This document shows positions 18,479 through 28,898 of a stretch of DNA of 64,000 bases, in pieces (position 1 is the first letter of the stretch; each line of letters opens with the position of its first letter). Both the position numbers and the translations under genes were made by a program. Location: positions 40,268-104,267 of the forward strand of contig CAZTBI010000003.1 of assembly GCA_964612055.1 (NCBI GenBank), read 5' to 3'. The notes under the pieces were generated by a model that saw only the letters and a program-made list of their open reading frames with translations, searched no databases and was not told the origin of the DNA. This DNA is from an uncultured Bdellovibrionales bacterium (GTDB lineage: Bacteria > Patescibacteriota > Minisyncoccia > Moranbacterales > UBA1568).

Positions 18479-19252
18479 CTACACTCTCGTCAAAACTTCT
18501 GCGCCATTCTCCGTAATCACTACCGTATCCTCAAAGTGCGCGGAGAGCTTTCCATCAGCCGTAATAAATGTCCAGTCGTCGGGAGCGATATCTACCGTAA
18601 AGGTGCCGACATTAATCATTGGCTCCAAAGCCAAGGTCATGCCTTTTTCAAGAACAAAGTCATGCATATGTCGAGATACATAGTTTGGTACTTGCGGATC
18701 TTCATGGAGCTCTCGGCCGACACCATGACCAACGAGATCGCGCACCACGGAAAAGCCATTCTCTTCCACAAAACTCTGAACCGCCTCTGCATAGGCTGAA
18801 ATCGAAGCGCCTGGTCGAAGCGTCGCGATACCACGCTCCAGACTCTCCTTGGTTACCGCTACCAGCTTTTCTGCCTCTGCTGTAACCTTGCCCACCATCA
18901 CGGTACGCGCCATATCACTCACCATCCCCTCAAAACGCATACCGATATCAAGTTTCAGGAGATCCCCATCCTTGATAATACGATCTGCCCGCGGAATACC
19001 GTGTACTACTTCATCATTCAGCGATACACAGATAGTAGCCGGAAAGGGCCGATCAGAACCGGCGTTGTAGCCTTTGAAAATGGGTATACCCCCTGCCTCC
19101 CTGATAAGTCGTTCGGCCAAAACATCGATAGCTTCCGTCGTCATACCCGGTTCTACCGCTTTGATAACCGTCTCGAGCACGGTGGCTAGACGCTTGCCAG
19201 ATTCTCGCAAACGCTTGATTTCATCTTCAGTTTTGATCCAATCTTTCGCCAT
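18479..19252 (-). CDS. map: type I methionine aminopeptidase
   Basis: DEVVHGIP and HGVGRELHEDPQVPNY metal-ligand motifs. Confidence 0.9.
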   Translation of the reverse strand: MAKDWIKTEDEIKRLRESGKRLATVLETVIKAVEPGMTTEAIDVLAERLIREAGGIPIFKGYNAGSDRPFPATICVSLNDEVVHGIPRADRIIKDGDLLKLDIGMRFEGMVSDMARTVMVGKVTAEAEKLVAVTKESLERGIATLRPGASISAYAEAVQSFVEENGFSVVRDLVGHGVGRELHEDPQVPNYVSRHMHDFVLEKGMTLALEPMINVGTFTVDIAPDDWTFITADGKLSAHFEDTVVITENGAEVLTRV

Positions 19253-19254
19253 AG

Positions 19255-19917
19255 TTAGTCCGGACGGACGTGCTCCAGAATATACTTAAAGACTTTATAA
19301 GTTTCCTGATTGCCATCAACGTGAAGAAGTTGTCCAGTGGCTTCAAAATACTTGGCTACCGGAAGAGTTTCTTCATGAAAGATCTGGTGACGCTTACGCA
19401 CTCCCTCTTCGGTATCATCAGCCCGCTGGCTAATCTTGCCGCCACAGTAACGACAAGGCTTCTCGCTATCAATAAGGTTCTTCCCTAAAATATAGGTGCG
19501 CTTGCAAACCTGACAGGCATAGCGCTTGGAAATACGCCCCACTGAAACCGCTTCCGGCACTTCAATAAAAATCACTTTGTTCAAAGATCTTCCTGACTCT
19601 TTCAAAACATCGAGCGTCTTCTGTATTTGACTCTCCCGCCGAGGAATACCGTCAATCAACAGCCCCACTGTTTCCGGAACAGAGCGCACCGCATCTGTCA
19701 GTACGGCAAAAACAACCTCGTCTGGCACGAATTCGTGCTTCACATTGATGATATCGTTCACTTGCTTACCAAGTTCGGTATCATGCGAAGCCACAGCGCG
19801 CAATTCTCCTCCAATATCAATATGCGCCAAATGGAGCGAACTTTTCAAAAGTTCCGCCTGCGTACTCTTGCCACTCCCAGCTGAACCGAGAAGGATGTAG
19901 GTGTCTCTCAAGGGCAT
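19255..19917 (-). CDS. adk: adenylate kinase with zinc lid
   Basis: P-loop GSAGSGKSTQ; lid cysteines CQVC...CRYC. Confidence 0.9.
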   Translation of the reverse strand: MPLRDTYILLGSAGSGKSTQAELLKSSLHLAHIDIGGELRAVASHDTELGKQVNDIINVKHEFVPDEVVFAVLTDAVRSVPETVGLLIDGIPRRESQIQKTLDVLKESGRSLNKVIFIEVPEAVSVGRISKRYACQVCKRTYILGKNLIDSEKPCRYCGGKISQRADDTEEGVRKRHQIFHEETLPVAKYFEATGQLLHVDGNQETYKVFKYILEHVRPD

Positions 19918-19952
19918 ATGTCTAGTACTTGAAGAAAAGGTTTATTCTTTCA

Positions 19953-21224
19953 CTAGAAAGATTCATAACTGCGCATAGTCAGTTGAGACTGAATATGTTT
20001 CACTGTTTCCAAGACTACCGATACAACGATCAAAATACTGACACCGCCCAAAGAAAAGGCTTGGATTCCGGTAACGCCCTGTACTACGAAAGGTAGCACT
20101 GCAATGACGCCCAAGAAGAGCGACCCAGCTAAAGTAATACGGTTAATGATGTGATAGAGATAATCAGCGGTAGTGGCTCCAGGACGGATTCCTGGGATGT
20201 ATCCCCCTTGTTTCTGGAGGTTCTCAGAAATTTTTGCTGGGTCAAAGACAACGGCCGTATAGAAGTAGGTGAAAAGCACTACCAAAACGAAGTAGGTAAT
20301 TCCATATACCCACTGATCCTGAAGCCAGGCACTGACACTCACCGCCACACTCGCCACTTTGACATTGGCACTTTGCGCCAAGAAGTTAGCCATCATGGTT
20401 GGGATGAGGATAATCGAAACCGCAAAAATAATCGGGATGACGCCGGCCTGATTGACTTTGAGTGGCAGATGTGTCGCTGAACCACCATACACCTGGGCGC
20501 CACGTACTCGCTTGGCATAGGCTACCGGCACTGTCCGCTGTCCTTCGTTGATAAAGATCACGCCCGCAATCGTTACTGCCGCCAAGATAAGGAACGTGAG
20601 GTAGGTAAAGATCTGCGAAGGATCCCAGGTTGAAACGAAGCGAGAAAGCGATGTCGGGAGACTCGAAACAATACCAGCAAAGATAATCATCGAAACTCCA
20701 TTGCCCAAACCTTTTTCTGTAATGAGCTCGCCCAACCACATGAGAAAAACCGTTCCAGCGGTAGCGCACGAAATAATAATCACCATCGTGAACGGGTTGA
20801 TATCGCCCAAGATATTCTGAGAACGAAGGAGTGACAGCATGCTAAAAGATTGAAGTGCTGCGAGCGGCACCGTTAACCAGCGTGTCCACATATTGAATTT
20901 CTGACGCCCCTGCTCCCCTTCTTCCTTGTACAAACGCTCCAGGCTCGGCACGAGCGTGGTCAAAAGCTGCATGATGATGGAAGCCGTGATATACGGCGCG
21001 ACACCCAGAAGCACGATGGAGATATTGGAAAGTCCTCCGCCCGAAAAAATATTCAAAAGTCCAAGAAAGGCATTTTCTTCGAAGAGGCGCTTCAAAGCCA
21101 AAACATCCACTCCAGGAAGAGGGATATTGGCGGCTAAACGATAGACGACGAGCAGGCCGAGAATGAAGAAAATCTTGTTGCGAAGTTCTCGGACCCGAAA
21201 AATATTGAGAAAAGTCTCGTTCAT
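19953..21224 (-). CDS. secY: preprotein translocase subunit SecY
   Basis: 423 aa, about 10 TM segments, position after rplO. Confidence 0.9.
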   Translation of the reverse strand: MNETFLNIFRVRELRNKIFFILGLLVVYRLAANIPLPGVDVLALKRLFEENAFLGLLNIFSGGGLSNISIVLLGVAPYITASIIMQLLTTLVPSLERLYKEEGEQGRQKFNMWTRWLTVPLAALQSFSMLSLLRSQNILGDINPFTMVIIISCATAGTVFLMWLGELITEKGLGNGVSMIIFAGIVSSLPTSLSRFVSTWDPSQIFTYLTFLILAAVTIAGVIFINEGQRTVPVAYAKRVRGAQVYGGSATHLPLKVNQAGVIPIIFAVSIILIPTMMANFLAQSANVKVASVAVSVSAWLQDQWVYGITYFVLVVLFTYFYTAVVFDPAKISENLQKQGGYIPGIRPGATTADYLYHIINRITLAGSLFLGVIAVLPFVVQGVTGIQAFSLGGVSILIVVSVVLETVKHIQSQLTMRSYESF

Positions 21225-21302
21225 GTGTATTTCTGCTACTGTTTCCTACCCAGTATACCGCATTTCGGAATCACTTTGAAGAGAGCTGTTTGAGAGAGGA
21301 TG

Positions 21303-21719
21303 CTAGGCTGTAAAAGCCTTTTTAGCAGTTTCTGAGACAAGGACATCGTCCCCAAGGGAGAGCTTTTTTGTGAGCGTGCCGGTAGCAAGGATCTTCACAC
21401 CGTGCAGGAGTGCCTTTTTGTCCACCAGGCGCTTTTCAACAAGCAAGGCCCGAGTAACGACATCACCATCAGAAAGCACCCGCTCCAAGGCAGCCAAAGT
21501 CACGGTATGCTTCTTTGGATGAATCGACTTGAAACCACGCACCTTTTTCATGCGCTCCAAAAGAGTCGAGCGGCCACCTTCAAAAAGAGGGTCGACAGAT
21601 GATCCGGTACGAGACTTCTGACCATTCGAACCACGACCAGCGGTCGTACCAGTCTTGCCGCCGCGACCGATGCGCTTGCGCTCTTTTCTCTTGGCTACTT
21701 TCAATTCATGAATTTGCAT
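21303..21719 (-). CDS. rplO: 50S ribosomal protein L15
   Basis: KRIGRGGKTGTTAGRG. Confidence 0.9.
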   Translation of the reverse strand: MQIHELKVAKRKERKRIGRGGKTGTTAGRGSNGQKSRTGSSVDPLFEGGRSTLLERMKKVRGFKSIHPKKHTVTLAALERVLSDGDVVTRALLVEKRLVDKKALLHGVKILATGTLTKKLSLGDDVLVSETAKKAFTA

Positions 21720-21739
21720 AAACGTGCTTTAAAAAGGTT

Positions 21740-22267
21740 TTAGGCCGCTACTTCAGGAGTTACAACTGGAGCCTCCTTTGGAGCCTTCGGAACACGAGGA
21801 GCCTTGAGCTGTCCCAAAGCCTTCACAGTAACACGAGCAACGTTCAGTGGATTGGAAGCACCGAGAGACTTCGAAACGATATCTTTGACTCCCAAGAGGT
21901 CCACTACCGAACGGACGGCTCCACCAGCGATGATTCCCCGTCCTTCTGAAGCAGGCTTGAGAAGCACACGAGCACTTCCTAATTTTGCTGAAATATCATG
22001 CGGTAATGTTCCAGTGCTCGTCAGTTCTACCGTAATCATGTTCTTCTTGGCATCGTTGTAGGCCTTCTTGATAGCATCAGAGACGTCAGATCCTTTGGCG
22101 ACACCAACCCCTACCTTGCCGCGACGGTTTCCAATCACAAGAGTAGCTCGAAAACGGAAACGACGACCGCCCTTCACAACACGCGTCACACGCGCCAAAT
22201 TGAGAAGTTTCTGATCAAACTCCGGCTTTTCACGTCGTGCCATTTTTCTCCCTTGCTTTGGTGCCAT
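21740..22267 (-). CDS. rpsE: 30S ribosomal protein S5
   Basis: VVKGGRRFRFRATLVIGNRRGKVGVG. The only gap before rplO is 20 nt, so there is no L30 gene. Confidence 0.9.
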   Translation of the reverse strand: MAPKQGRKMARREKPEFDQKLLNLARVTRVVKGGRRFRFRATLVIGNRRGKVGVGVAKGSDVSDAIKKAYNDAKKNMITVELTSTGTLPHDISAKLGSARVLLKPASEGRGIIAGGAVRSVVDLLGVKDIVSKSLGASNPLNVARVTVKALGQLKAPRVPKAPKEAPVVTPEVAA

Positions 22268-22300
22268 ACGATTATTGTATACGAATCACTGAGTATTTTA

Positions 22301-22657
22301 CTAAATATGGATACCACCTTCACGCAGAGCTTCGGCCACAGCCTTCACCTTGCCATGATAACGGTATCCTGAACGATCAAAAACAGCTTTGGTAATTTTC
22401 AATTGTGTCAGACGCTCCGCCAAGAGTTTTCCCAAAAGAGTAGCACTTGGAACAGTATTCTTTGGATTCTTTCCAAGATCAGCCAATTTAGCATGAGCCA
22501 CCGTCTTGCCGGCCATGTCATCAATCGCCTGGATAGAAAGACTCTTCAGACTGCGGAAAACGGAAACGCGAGGACAATCACCAGTGCCAGAAATCTTGGC
22601 TCTGATGCGGCGCTTGCGCTCAAACCGCTTCACTTTTTTTGCTTCTTTCTTCAACAT
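22301..22657 (-). CDS. rplR: 50S ribosomal protein L18
   Basis: RKRRIRAKISGT...PRVSVFRS. Confidence 0.9.
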   Translation of the reverse strand: MLKKEAKKVKRFERKRRIRAKISGTGDCPRVSVFRSLKSLSIQAIDDMAGKTVAHAKLADLGKNPKNTVPSATLLGKLLAERLTQLKITKAVFDRSGYRYHGKVKAVAEALREGGIHI

Positions 22658-22680
22658 ACTCTTCGTCTTATATACACATG

Positions 22681-23217
22681 TTAGGCGGCCGCCTTCTTTC
22701 CTTCCTTGCGACGTACGATTTCACCGACGTAACGGAATCCTTTCCCCTTATACGGCTCAACTGGTTTCAACTTTCGTACCACCGCTGCAAACTCTCCTAC
22801 TTGCTGCTTATCCATACCAGCAACCTTCAGTACATTACCTTCGAGAGTCGCTGCGATCCCTTCGGGCAGTACCATCTCTACTGGATGAGAGAATCCGAGA
22901 GCTAACACCAGCTTCTTCCCCTGCAAGTTCATACGGTATCCAACACCGTTTAATTCAAGAGCTTTCTCAAAGCCAGCAGTGACACCCATAATCATGTTCG
23001 CAATGGTCTTGGCAGTCGTGCCCCACAGCGCCTGAGCTTTCTTGGTATCGCCACCCTTGGCTACATGAACCGAACCCTCTTCGATAGTTACCAAAACTTC
23101 ACGACGATGTTCGAAAGAGAGCGTCCCCTTCGGACCCTTCACGTGTACCACGCGCTTATCAAGCGTGATTTCAACACCGCTCGGAATGGCTACTGGTTTT
23201 TTTCCAATTCTACTCAT
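22681..23217 (-). CDS. rplF: 50S ribosomal protein L6
   Basis: MSRIGKKPVAIPSGVEIT. Confidence 0.9.
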   Translation of the reverse strand: MSRIGKKPVAIPSGVEITLDKRVVHVKGPKGTLSFEHRREVLVTIEEGSVHVAKGGDTKKAQALWGTTAKTIANMIMGVTAGFEKALELNGVGYRMNLQGKKLVLALGFSHPVEMVLPEGIAATLEGNVLKVAGMDKQQVGEFAAVVRKLKPVEPYKGKGFRYVGEIVRRKEGKKAAA

Positions 23218-23240
23218 AACATTAGCTTACTCGCTGTCAA

Positions 23241-23648
23241 TTACCACACTTTGCACAGGTATTCCCCTCCCAAGCCCTTGGCATACGCTTCGCCTCCGGT
23301 CATCACGCCCTGAGAAGTAGAGAGGATAGCGATACCATAGCCGTTCTTGACCTTTTTCACATCATGGCTTTTCACATAGATACGGCATCCCTGCTTCGAA
23401 ACGCGCGTAATCTCTCTGATAGCCGGTGCTTTTTTCGTTTGAGAGACTTCAGTATACTTGAGCCAAACGCACAGTGCCTCTTTGCCGTCTTCACTCGTCT
23501 CTTTTTCGACGCGCGCGACAAATCCTTCACGCTCCAAGATCTGGGCGATCACGTGCTTTAGCTTCGACGCCGGAAAGGTCACTAGTGACTTCCCTGCCGC
23601 CTGGGCATTACGGATTCTCGTTAACATGTCTGCAATTGGATCAAGCAT
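23241..23648 (-). CDS. rpsH: 30S ribosomal protein S8
   Basis: DPIADMLTRIRNA. Confidence 0.9.
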   Translation of the reverse strand: MLDPIADMLTRIRNAQAAGKSLVTFPASKLKHVIAQILEREGFVARVEKETSEDGKEALCVWLKYTEVSQTKKAPAIREITRVSKQGCRIYVKSHDVKKVKNGYGIAILSTSQGVMTGGEAYAKGLGGEYLCKVW

Positions 23649-23675
23649 AGTCTTCTTTAGCTTATAGCTCTTATA

Positions 23676-23861
23676 CTACCAGGAGGCCTTCTTCACTCCC
23701 GGGATCTCACCTGTTGAGGCGAGTTCACGGAAACAGATGCGACAAATATCATATCGGCGCAAATATCCTCGCTTGCGACCGCACTTCCAACACCGTCTCA
23801 CGATACGGGTAGAGAACTTCGGAGTTTTCAGCGCTCTTGCTTGGGTAGATGTCTTAGCCAT
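23676..23861 (-). CDS. rpsZ: 30S ribosomal protein S14 type Z (zinc-binding)
   Basis: 61 aa, CWKCGRKRG...CRIC. Confidence 0.9.
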   Translation of the reverse strand: MAKTSTQARALKTPKFSTRIVRRCWKCGRKRGYLRRYDICRICFRELASTGEIPGVKKASW

Positions 23862-23867
23862 AATACT

Positions 23868-24431
23868 TTATTTATCGTTAGTGTCACTTTGCTGGAACGG
23901 CACTCCCAAGGAACGAAACAGCACCCGACCTTCTTCGCTGTTCTTGGCAGTGGTTACAACGTTTACCTGGAAACTGAAAATGTGCTGCACTTTTTCTGGG
24001 ACAATTTCTGAAAAAATACTGTGATCTTTAATCCCGAGATTCAGGTTCCCGCTGTGGTCCACGGAGTTCATTGTTACTCCCTGGAAGTCACGAACACGTG
24101 GGAGAGCGATCATAAACAAACGATCCAAGAAATCCCACATGCGCTTCCCATGAAGCGTGGTACGAGCACCAACTTCGAGATCCTCACGAATCTTGAACCC
24201 GGCGATAGCTTTGCGGGCCTTCGTCAAGAGAATCTTCTGGCCAGTAATAGCCTCAAGCGATGCGATCACTTCATCGACGCGCTTCTGATCCTTCAAGATC
24301 TTACCGATACCCACGTTTATCACTACTTTGGCAACACGAGGCAAAGCCATAGGATTCTTGATCCCAAGCTCCTGCTTCAAAGCAGGAACAGCTTTTTCGG
24401 TATAGATTTTCTTCACTGATGGAGTTTTCAT
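23868..24431 (-). CDS. rplE: 50S ribosomal protein L5
   Basis: Position and length (187 aa), ...NLGIKDHSIFSEI. Confidence 0.9.
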   Translation of the reverse strand: MKTPSVKKIYTEKAVPALKQELGIKNPMALPRVAKVVINVGIGKILKDQKRVDEVIASLEAITGQKILLTKARKAIAGFKIREDLEVGARTTLHGKRMWDFLDRLFMIALPRVRDFQGVTMNSVDHSGNLNLGIKDHSIFSEIVPEKVQHIFSFQVNVVTTAKNSEEGRVLFRSLGVPFQQSDTNDK

Positions 24432-24439
24432 AGAGAGTT

Positions 24440-24745
24440 CTAAATAGCTTTGCCAGCCCGTTTACTCATGCGAATCTTTTCCCCGCCTTCAATCTTGTAA
24501 CCAACACGGGTTGGCTTGTTGGTATGAGGACAGACCAACATGACGTTAGAAACATGAATCGGAGCCTCTTTTTCGATGCGCTCCCCTTTTTCGCCATCAC
24601 GCCGAGGACGTATATGACGCTTCATCATGTTGGCACCCTTGACCACGACCTTCAACGTCACCGGAAGCACATGCAGAACTTCGCCCTGCTTTCCGCGGTC
24701 CTTGCCAGCCATGATTTGTACTTTGTCGCCTTTCTTGATTTTCAT
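24440..24745 (-). CDS. rplX: 50S ribosomal protein L24
   Basis: MKIKKGDKVQIMAGKDRGKQGEVL KOW motif. Confidence 0.9.
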   Translation of the reverse strand: MKIKKGDKVQIMAGKDRGKQGEVLHVLPVTLKVVVKGANMMKRHIRPRRDGEKGERIEKEAPIHVSNVMLVCPHTNKPTRVGYKIEGGEKIRMSKRAGKAI

Positions 24746-24759
24746 AATACTCTAATACA

Positions 24760-25131
24760 TTACAGAACTTCAGGAGCCAGCGATACGATCTTGGAGAATC
24801 CCTTCTCACGAAGTTCGCGCGCTACTGGACCAAAGATACGGGTACCTTTTGGATCTTGGAGGTTCGTATCGAGAATAACAGCCGCATTTTCATCGAAACG
24901 GATATAGGAATTGTCCTTGCGACGATACTCCTTGGCCTGACGAACAATAACAGCCTTGACCTTCTCCCCTTTTTTCACCATACCTCTTGGTTCAGCCGAT
25001 TTGACCGAAGCAACGATGATATCACCCAGCGCTGCGTAGCGACGGCGTGTTCCGCCAAGCACCTTGAAACATTCGATGATTTTGGCACCGGTGTTGTCAG
25101 CAACTTTGAGTCTTGATTCTGCTTGGATCAT
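24760..25131 (-). CDS. rplN: 50S ribosomal protein L14
   Basis: [17 protein letters not shown]; start taken at MIQ (track 25203). Confidence 0.9.
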   Translation of the reverse strand: MIQAESRLKVADNTGAKIIECFKVLGGTRRRYAALGDIIVASVKSAEPRGMVKKGEKVKAVIVRQAKEYRRKDNSYIRFDENAAVILDTNLQDPKGTRIFGPVARELREKGFSKIVSLAPEVL

Positions 25132-25157
25132 AGTAACGGCTTTAAAGTGAAGATTCT

Positions 25158-25418
25158 CTAGGCAATTATCGTGTGGTGCTTCCCGCGGCTCATGGGGCGA
25201 CACTCTTGAAATGAAACGGTCGTACCAACCGCGTACTTACCACTCTCTTCTACGTGAACCTTGTACTTCTTGGAAGAGCGGTACTGCTTCAAGTACTTCG
25301 GATGAGTCTTCAGTGTATCCACCTTGACCACCAATGTCTTCTGCATCGAGTTACTCACCACCACACCTTTCAGGGTTGGAGCTTTGCTCGTCTTTTCTGT
25401 TGTCGTTGTTGTCTTCAT
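25158..25418 (-). CDS. rpsQ: 30S ribosomal protein S17
   Basis: [17 protein letters not shown]. Confidence 0.9.
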   Translation of the reverse strand: MKTTTTTEKTSKAPTLKGVVVSNSMQKTLVVKVDTLKTHPKYLKQYRSSKKYKVHVEESGKYAVGTTVSFQECRPMSRGKHHTIIA

Positions 25419-25438
25419 AAGTATATGTAAGAGGAAAA

Positions 25439-25657
25439 CTATTTGGTGTCAGAAACTGGAACAGCGATTTCCATTTCCATTTCGGTCTGCAGTGTCAAAA
25501 GCCGAGCAATATCCTTCTTCATCTTTCGATAATCACTGTGATTTTTTGCTTCACGAGTCGACAAGTCAAAACGCAGTTTACGCACCTTGTCAGAGAGCTC
25601 CAAAAGGGCCTTCTCTCGTTCTGCTTCAGATTTTTCTCGCCATTCTTTTGCTTGCAT
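25439..25657 (-). CDS. rpmC: 50S ribosomal protein L29
   Basis: 72 aa helical protein in the expected position between rplP and rpsQ. Confidence 0.8.
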   Translation of the reverse strand: MQAKEWREKSEAEREKALLELSDKVRKLRFDLSTREAKNHSDYRKMKKDIARLLTLQTEMEMEIAVPVSDTK

Positions 25658-25682
25658 AAACTCTCACCTTATTCAAATATTC

Positions 25683-26096
25683 CTATTGCTTTACGACAAA
25701 CTTCGTTTTGATGGACAACTTGTGTGCTGCCAAGCGCATAGCCTCTGCTGCTGCTGTCTTTGGGATACCTTCGAGTTCAAACAACATCTTTCCGGCACGG
25801 ACCTTGGCAACAAAGTGATCGACGCTTCCCTTTCCCTTACCCATCGGGGTCTGTTCACCCTTTTTGGTCATTGGTTTGTCAGGAAACACGCGAATCCACA
25901 CTTTTCCACCACGCTGGATCGATCGAGTCATCGCTCGACGCGCAGATTCAATCTGGCGTGCTGAGACGAGTCCTTCTTCCATGGCTTTGAGACCATAGCT
26001 TCCAAAACTCACACTCGTCCCGGAGGTCGCCGGCTTTCCCGACCAACCACCGCGCTGGACTTTGCGATGCTTTACTTTTCTTGGCATGAGCAACAT
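25683..26096 (-). CDS. rplP: 50S ribosomal protein L16
   Basis: [13 protein letters not shown]. Confidence 0.9.
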   Translation of the reverse strand: MLLMPRKVKHRKVQRGGWSGKPATSGTSVSFGSYGLKAMEEGLVSARQIESARRAMTRSIQRGGKVWIRVFPDKPMTKKGEQTPMGKGKGSVDHFVAKVRAGKMLFELEGIPKTAAAEAMRLAAHKLSIKTKFVVKQ

Positions 26097-26103
26097 AAGC
26101 GTT

Positions 26104-26763
26104 TTACTCTGTTTCTTTCTTGGTAAACTTCTCTCCCTTGTAAATCCACGTCTTCACTCCAATCACTCCGTACGTTGTGCGAGCCTCAGTACGAGCGAAG
26201 TCGATATCGGCGCGCAGTGTATGAAGAGGGATTTTTCCACGAGAGAGCCATTCGCGACGAGACATTTCTGCTCCCCCGAGGCGTCCGGAAATTTCGATCT
26301 TCACTCCCTGAGCCTCCTTATTCCCCTCTACCTGATCAAGCATTCCCTTGAGCACCCGACGAAATGGCATACGCTTCTCCAATTGTTCAGCCACCTGCTG
26401 ACCAACAAGCATGGCGTTCAGCTCTGCATTCTTCACTTCCTGCACTTCTACTTTCAACTCTACCTTTTTTCCAGGAAAGAATTGTTTCTTAATAGCGCGG
26501 GAAAGATCCTCAATACCCGTACCACCACGACCGATGAGTACTCCTGGGCGCGAAGTATGAATCACCAAACGAATCGCATTGGCAGAACGCTCGATAGTGA
26601 CGCTCGCAATAGCGGCCGCCTTCCACTTGCTCATGATAAGCTCACGGATCTCGATGTCCTTGCGCAACTGCTCTCGATAGGTCTTCTTACTTCCAAACCA
26701 GCGCGATTGCCAGTTGGTCGTGATACCGAGACGGATTCCTGTTGGGTGTACTTTATTGCCCAT
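26104..26763 (-). CDS. rpsC: 30S ribosomal protein S3
   Basis: [16 protein letters not shown] domain. Confidence 0.9.
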   Translation of the reverse strand: MGNKVHPTGIRLGITTNWQSRWFGSKKTYREQLRKDIEIRELIMSKWKAAAIASVTIERSANAIRLVIHTSRPGVLIGRGGTGIEDLSRAIKKQFFPGKKVELKVEVQEVKNAELNAMLVGQQVAEQLEKRMPFRRVLKGMLDQVEGNKEAQGVKIEISGRLGGAEMSRREWLSRGKIPLHTLRADIDFARTEARTTYGVIGVKTWIYKGEKFTKKETE

Positions 26764-26772
26764 ATTTCTATG

Positions 26773-27312
26773 TTATGAGGATTTTCGCTGAAACATTTTC
26801 TTTACCACCTTGCCACCAGCTGGCTTGCTTCCCTTCACGGCTTCTTTCTTTGACTCTATTTTTGGCAGAGCCATTCCTTTCTTCTCTTCCTTTTTCTCTT
26901 CCTGGTCTACAGATTCAAGTTCTTTTTCTTTTACCGCCTTTACTACAGGCTTTTTCTTTTCCGTACGATTCTTTCCTTCAATGCGCTCTTCCAGAATAAT
27001 CGTTACGTTCGATCCACGGCGGAGAAGCGGAGTCGCTCGGCCAAAGGCGCGAGGCAACCAGCGCTCCAGACGAAGACCATCACCGACGTTGATCGTGTGG
27101 ACATAGAGGTTATTCTCATCCAAGCCAAAGTTATTGACCGCATTCGCCACCGCGCTCGCAAGCAGCACATAGAGCGGATCAGAAGATTTCTTCACCATCT
27201 TTTTGAGCTGAAGCAAGGCTTCGCGAGTATCAACGCCAATCAAAGCATGCGTCACCAGACGGACTTTTCGTGGAGCGATTCTTAAGTTTTTGAGGGTAGC
27301 TCGTACTTTCAT
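26773..27312 (-). CDS. rplV: 50S ribosomal protein L22 with a Lys/Glu-rich C-terminal extension
   Basis: MKVRATLKNLRIAPRKVRLV; 179 aa, about 60 aa longer than usual. Confidence 0.85.
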   Translation of the reverse strand: MKVRATLKNLRIAPRKVRLVTHALIGVDTREALLQLKKMVKKSSDPLYVLLASAVANAVNNFGLDENNLYVHTINVGDGLRLERWLPRAFGRATPLLRRGSNVTIILEERIEGKNRTEKKKPVVKAVKEKELESVDQEEKKEEKKGMALPKIESKKEAVKGSKPAGGKVVKKMFQRKSS

Positions 27313-27320
27313 AACTTCAA

Positions 27321-27665
27321 TTACTTTTTGGTAGCAGCATCAGACGCCTTGGCAGCTTTGGCAGCATCGAGTTCACGTTGCTTCGCAGCTATTTCAATTT
27401 CTTTCTGCATCTTTCCTCCATGACGACGGAAGGTTCGAGTTGGAGAAAATTCTCCCAAGCGATGTCCTACCATCTCTTCTGTCGTAAATACCGGAATAAA
27501 ATCCTTACCGTTGTGAACACCGAAGGTGAACCCTACCATCTCAGGAGAGATAACACAAGCACGCGACCAGGTTTTGATCACAGTGCGATCACCCAGCTTC
27601 TTCCCTTCGATCTTCTTCAGAACTCGAGGGTCGACGTATGGTCCTTTTTTGAGACTTCGTGACAT
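27321..27665 (-). CDS. rpsS: 30S ribosomal protein S19
   Basis: [18 protein letters not shown] ... TFGVHNGK. Confidence 0.9.
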   Translation of the reverse strand: MSRSLKKGPYVDPRVLKKIEGKKLGDRTVIKTWSRACVISPEMVGFTFGVHNGKDFIPVFTTEEMVGHRLGEFSPTRTFRRHGGKMQKEIEIAAKQRELDAAKAAKASDAATKK

Positions 27666-27688
27666 AGGTTTTTACCTTCAATGCAATG

Positions 27689-28516
27689 TTATTTCTTGAT
27701 ACGACGGCGAACGATATATTTGCTGCTCTGATTCTTACGACTGCGAGTCTTCTTACCGAGAGCCGGCTTACCCCATGGGGTCTTCGGATGCATACCGATC
27801 GGCTGGCGACCTTCTCCTCCTCCGTGTGGATGATCCACTGGGTTCATCGCGCTTCCACGGACATGCGGACGACGATTCTTCCAACGACTGCGTCCGGCCT
27901 TACCGATACGCTCCGCACTGTGCTCGAAGTTACTAACCTGACCTAAGGTAGCGTAGCACTCTTTGCTGATCAGACGAATTTCTCCGGAAGCCAGTTTGAT
28001 CTGAGCCATAGCTCCGTCGAGAGCCATCAAAACCGCTTGAGAACCAGCGCTGCGAACGATCTGACCACCCTTCCCAATCTTCATTTCAATATTACAAATC
28101 GTCGTTCCAACAGGAATATTCTTCAAAAGCATGCGATTGCCATTCACCACTGGGACGCTTTCTCCAGCGATCACTTCCTGGCCCTGCTTCATACCATCGG
28201 TCGCGAGGATATAGCGCTTTTCACCATCACGGTAGAATACCAGAGCAATAAGGGCTGAGCGGTTTGGATCCTTTTCCAAATGAGCAATCTTTCCAGGAAT
28301 ATTCAACTTATCCTGACGGAAATCAACAATACGATAGCGACGCTTGTGACCACCACCCTGGTGACGAACAGAGATCTTTCCTCCAGAACGACCCGCGTGC
28401 TTTTTGTGAGCAGCAAGCAGGGACTTCTCCGGCGCTTTGTCGGTGATTCCTTCTGGCTTGACGATCGACATATTACGTCGTCCAGCGTGGTTCTTTTTGT
28501 AGATCTTAATCGCCAT
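27689..28516 (-). CDS. rplB: 50S ribosomal protein L2
   Basis: MAIKIYKK ... GGGHKRRYR ... HPHGGGEG; start at MAIK (track 28555). Confidence 0.9.
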   Translation of the reverse strand: MAIKIYKKNHAGRRNMSIVKPEGITDKAPEKSLLAAHKKHAGRSGGKISVRHQGGGHKRRYRIVDFRQDKLNIPGKIAHLEKDPNRSALIALVFYRDGEKRYILATDGMKQGQEVIAGESVPVVNGNRMLLKNIPVGTTICNIEMKIGKGGQIVRSAGSQAVLMALDGAMAQIKLASGEIRLISKECYATLGQVSNFEHSAERIGKAGRSRWKNRRPHVRGSAMNPVDHPHGGGEGRQPIGMHPKTPWGKPALGKKTRSRKNQSSKYIVRRRIKK

Positions 28517-28529
28517 AACAGTTTCTTCT

Positions 28530-28889
28530 TTACATCGAAGTCTTAAACAATTCAATCGTCTGTCCTTTCACAACCGTTACAATCGCTTTCTTGACCGCCC
28601 CTTTGAAACCCGCGGTACGGCTTTGCGGAGAAACACGCTTCTTCGCTGGCAGGCGCACCATATTCACATCCGCCACATTGACGCCATACACTTCTTCGAC
28701 GGCTCGCTTCACCGATTTCTTCGTTGATGTCTTGGTGACTTCAAAAACGTATTTGTTTTGCGCGTTCAAAGCGTAGGCCTTTTCAGTAATACGTGGACGA
28801 GACAAAAGACGCATGGCCAAAGGACTCTCTTTTGGAGCAAGCTTGCGAAGCGACTTCTTCTCTTCAGTTTTCTGGTCAAATAATGCCAT
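28530..28889 (-). CDS. rplW: 50S ribosomal protein L23
   Basis: Position between rplD and rplB; 119 aa. Confidence 0.85.
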   Translation of the reverse strand: MALFDQKTEEKKSLRKLAPKESPLAMRLLSRPRITEKAYALNAQNKYVFEVTKTSTKKSVKRAVEEVYGVNVADVNMVRLPAKKRVSPQSRTAGFKGAVKKAIVTVVKGQTIELFKTSM

Positions 28890-28898
28890 AAAATTTCT

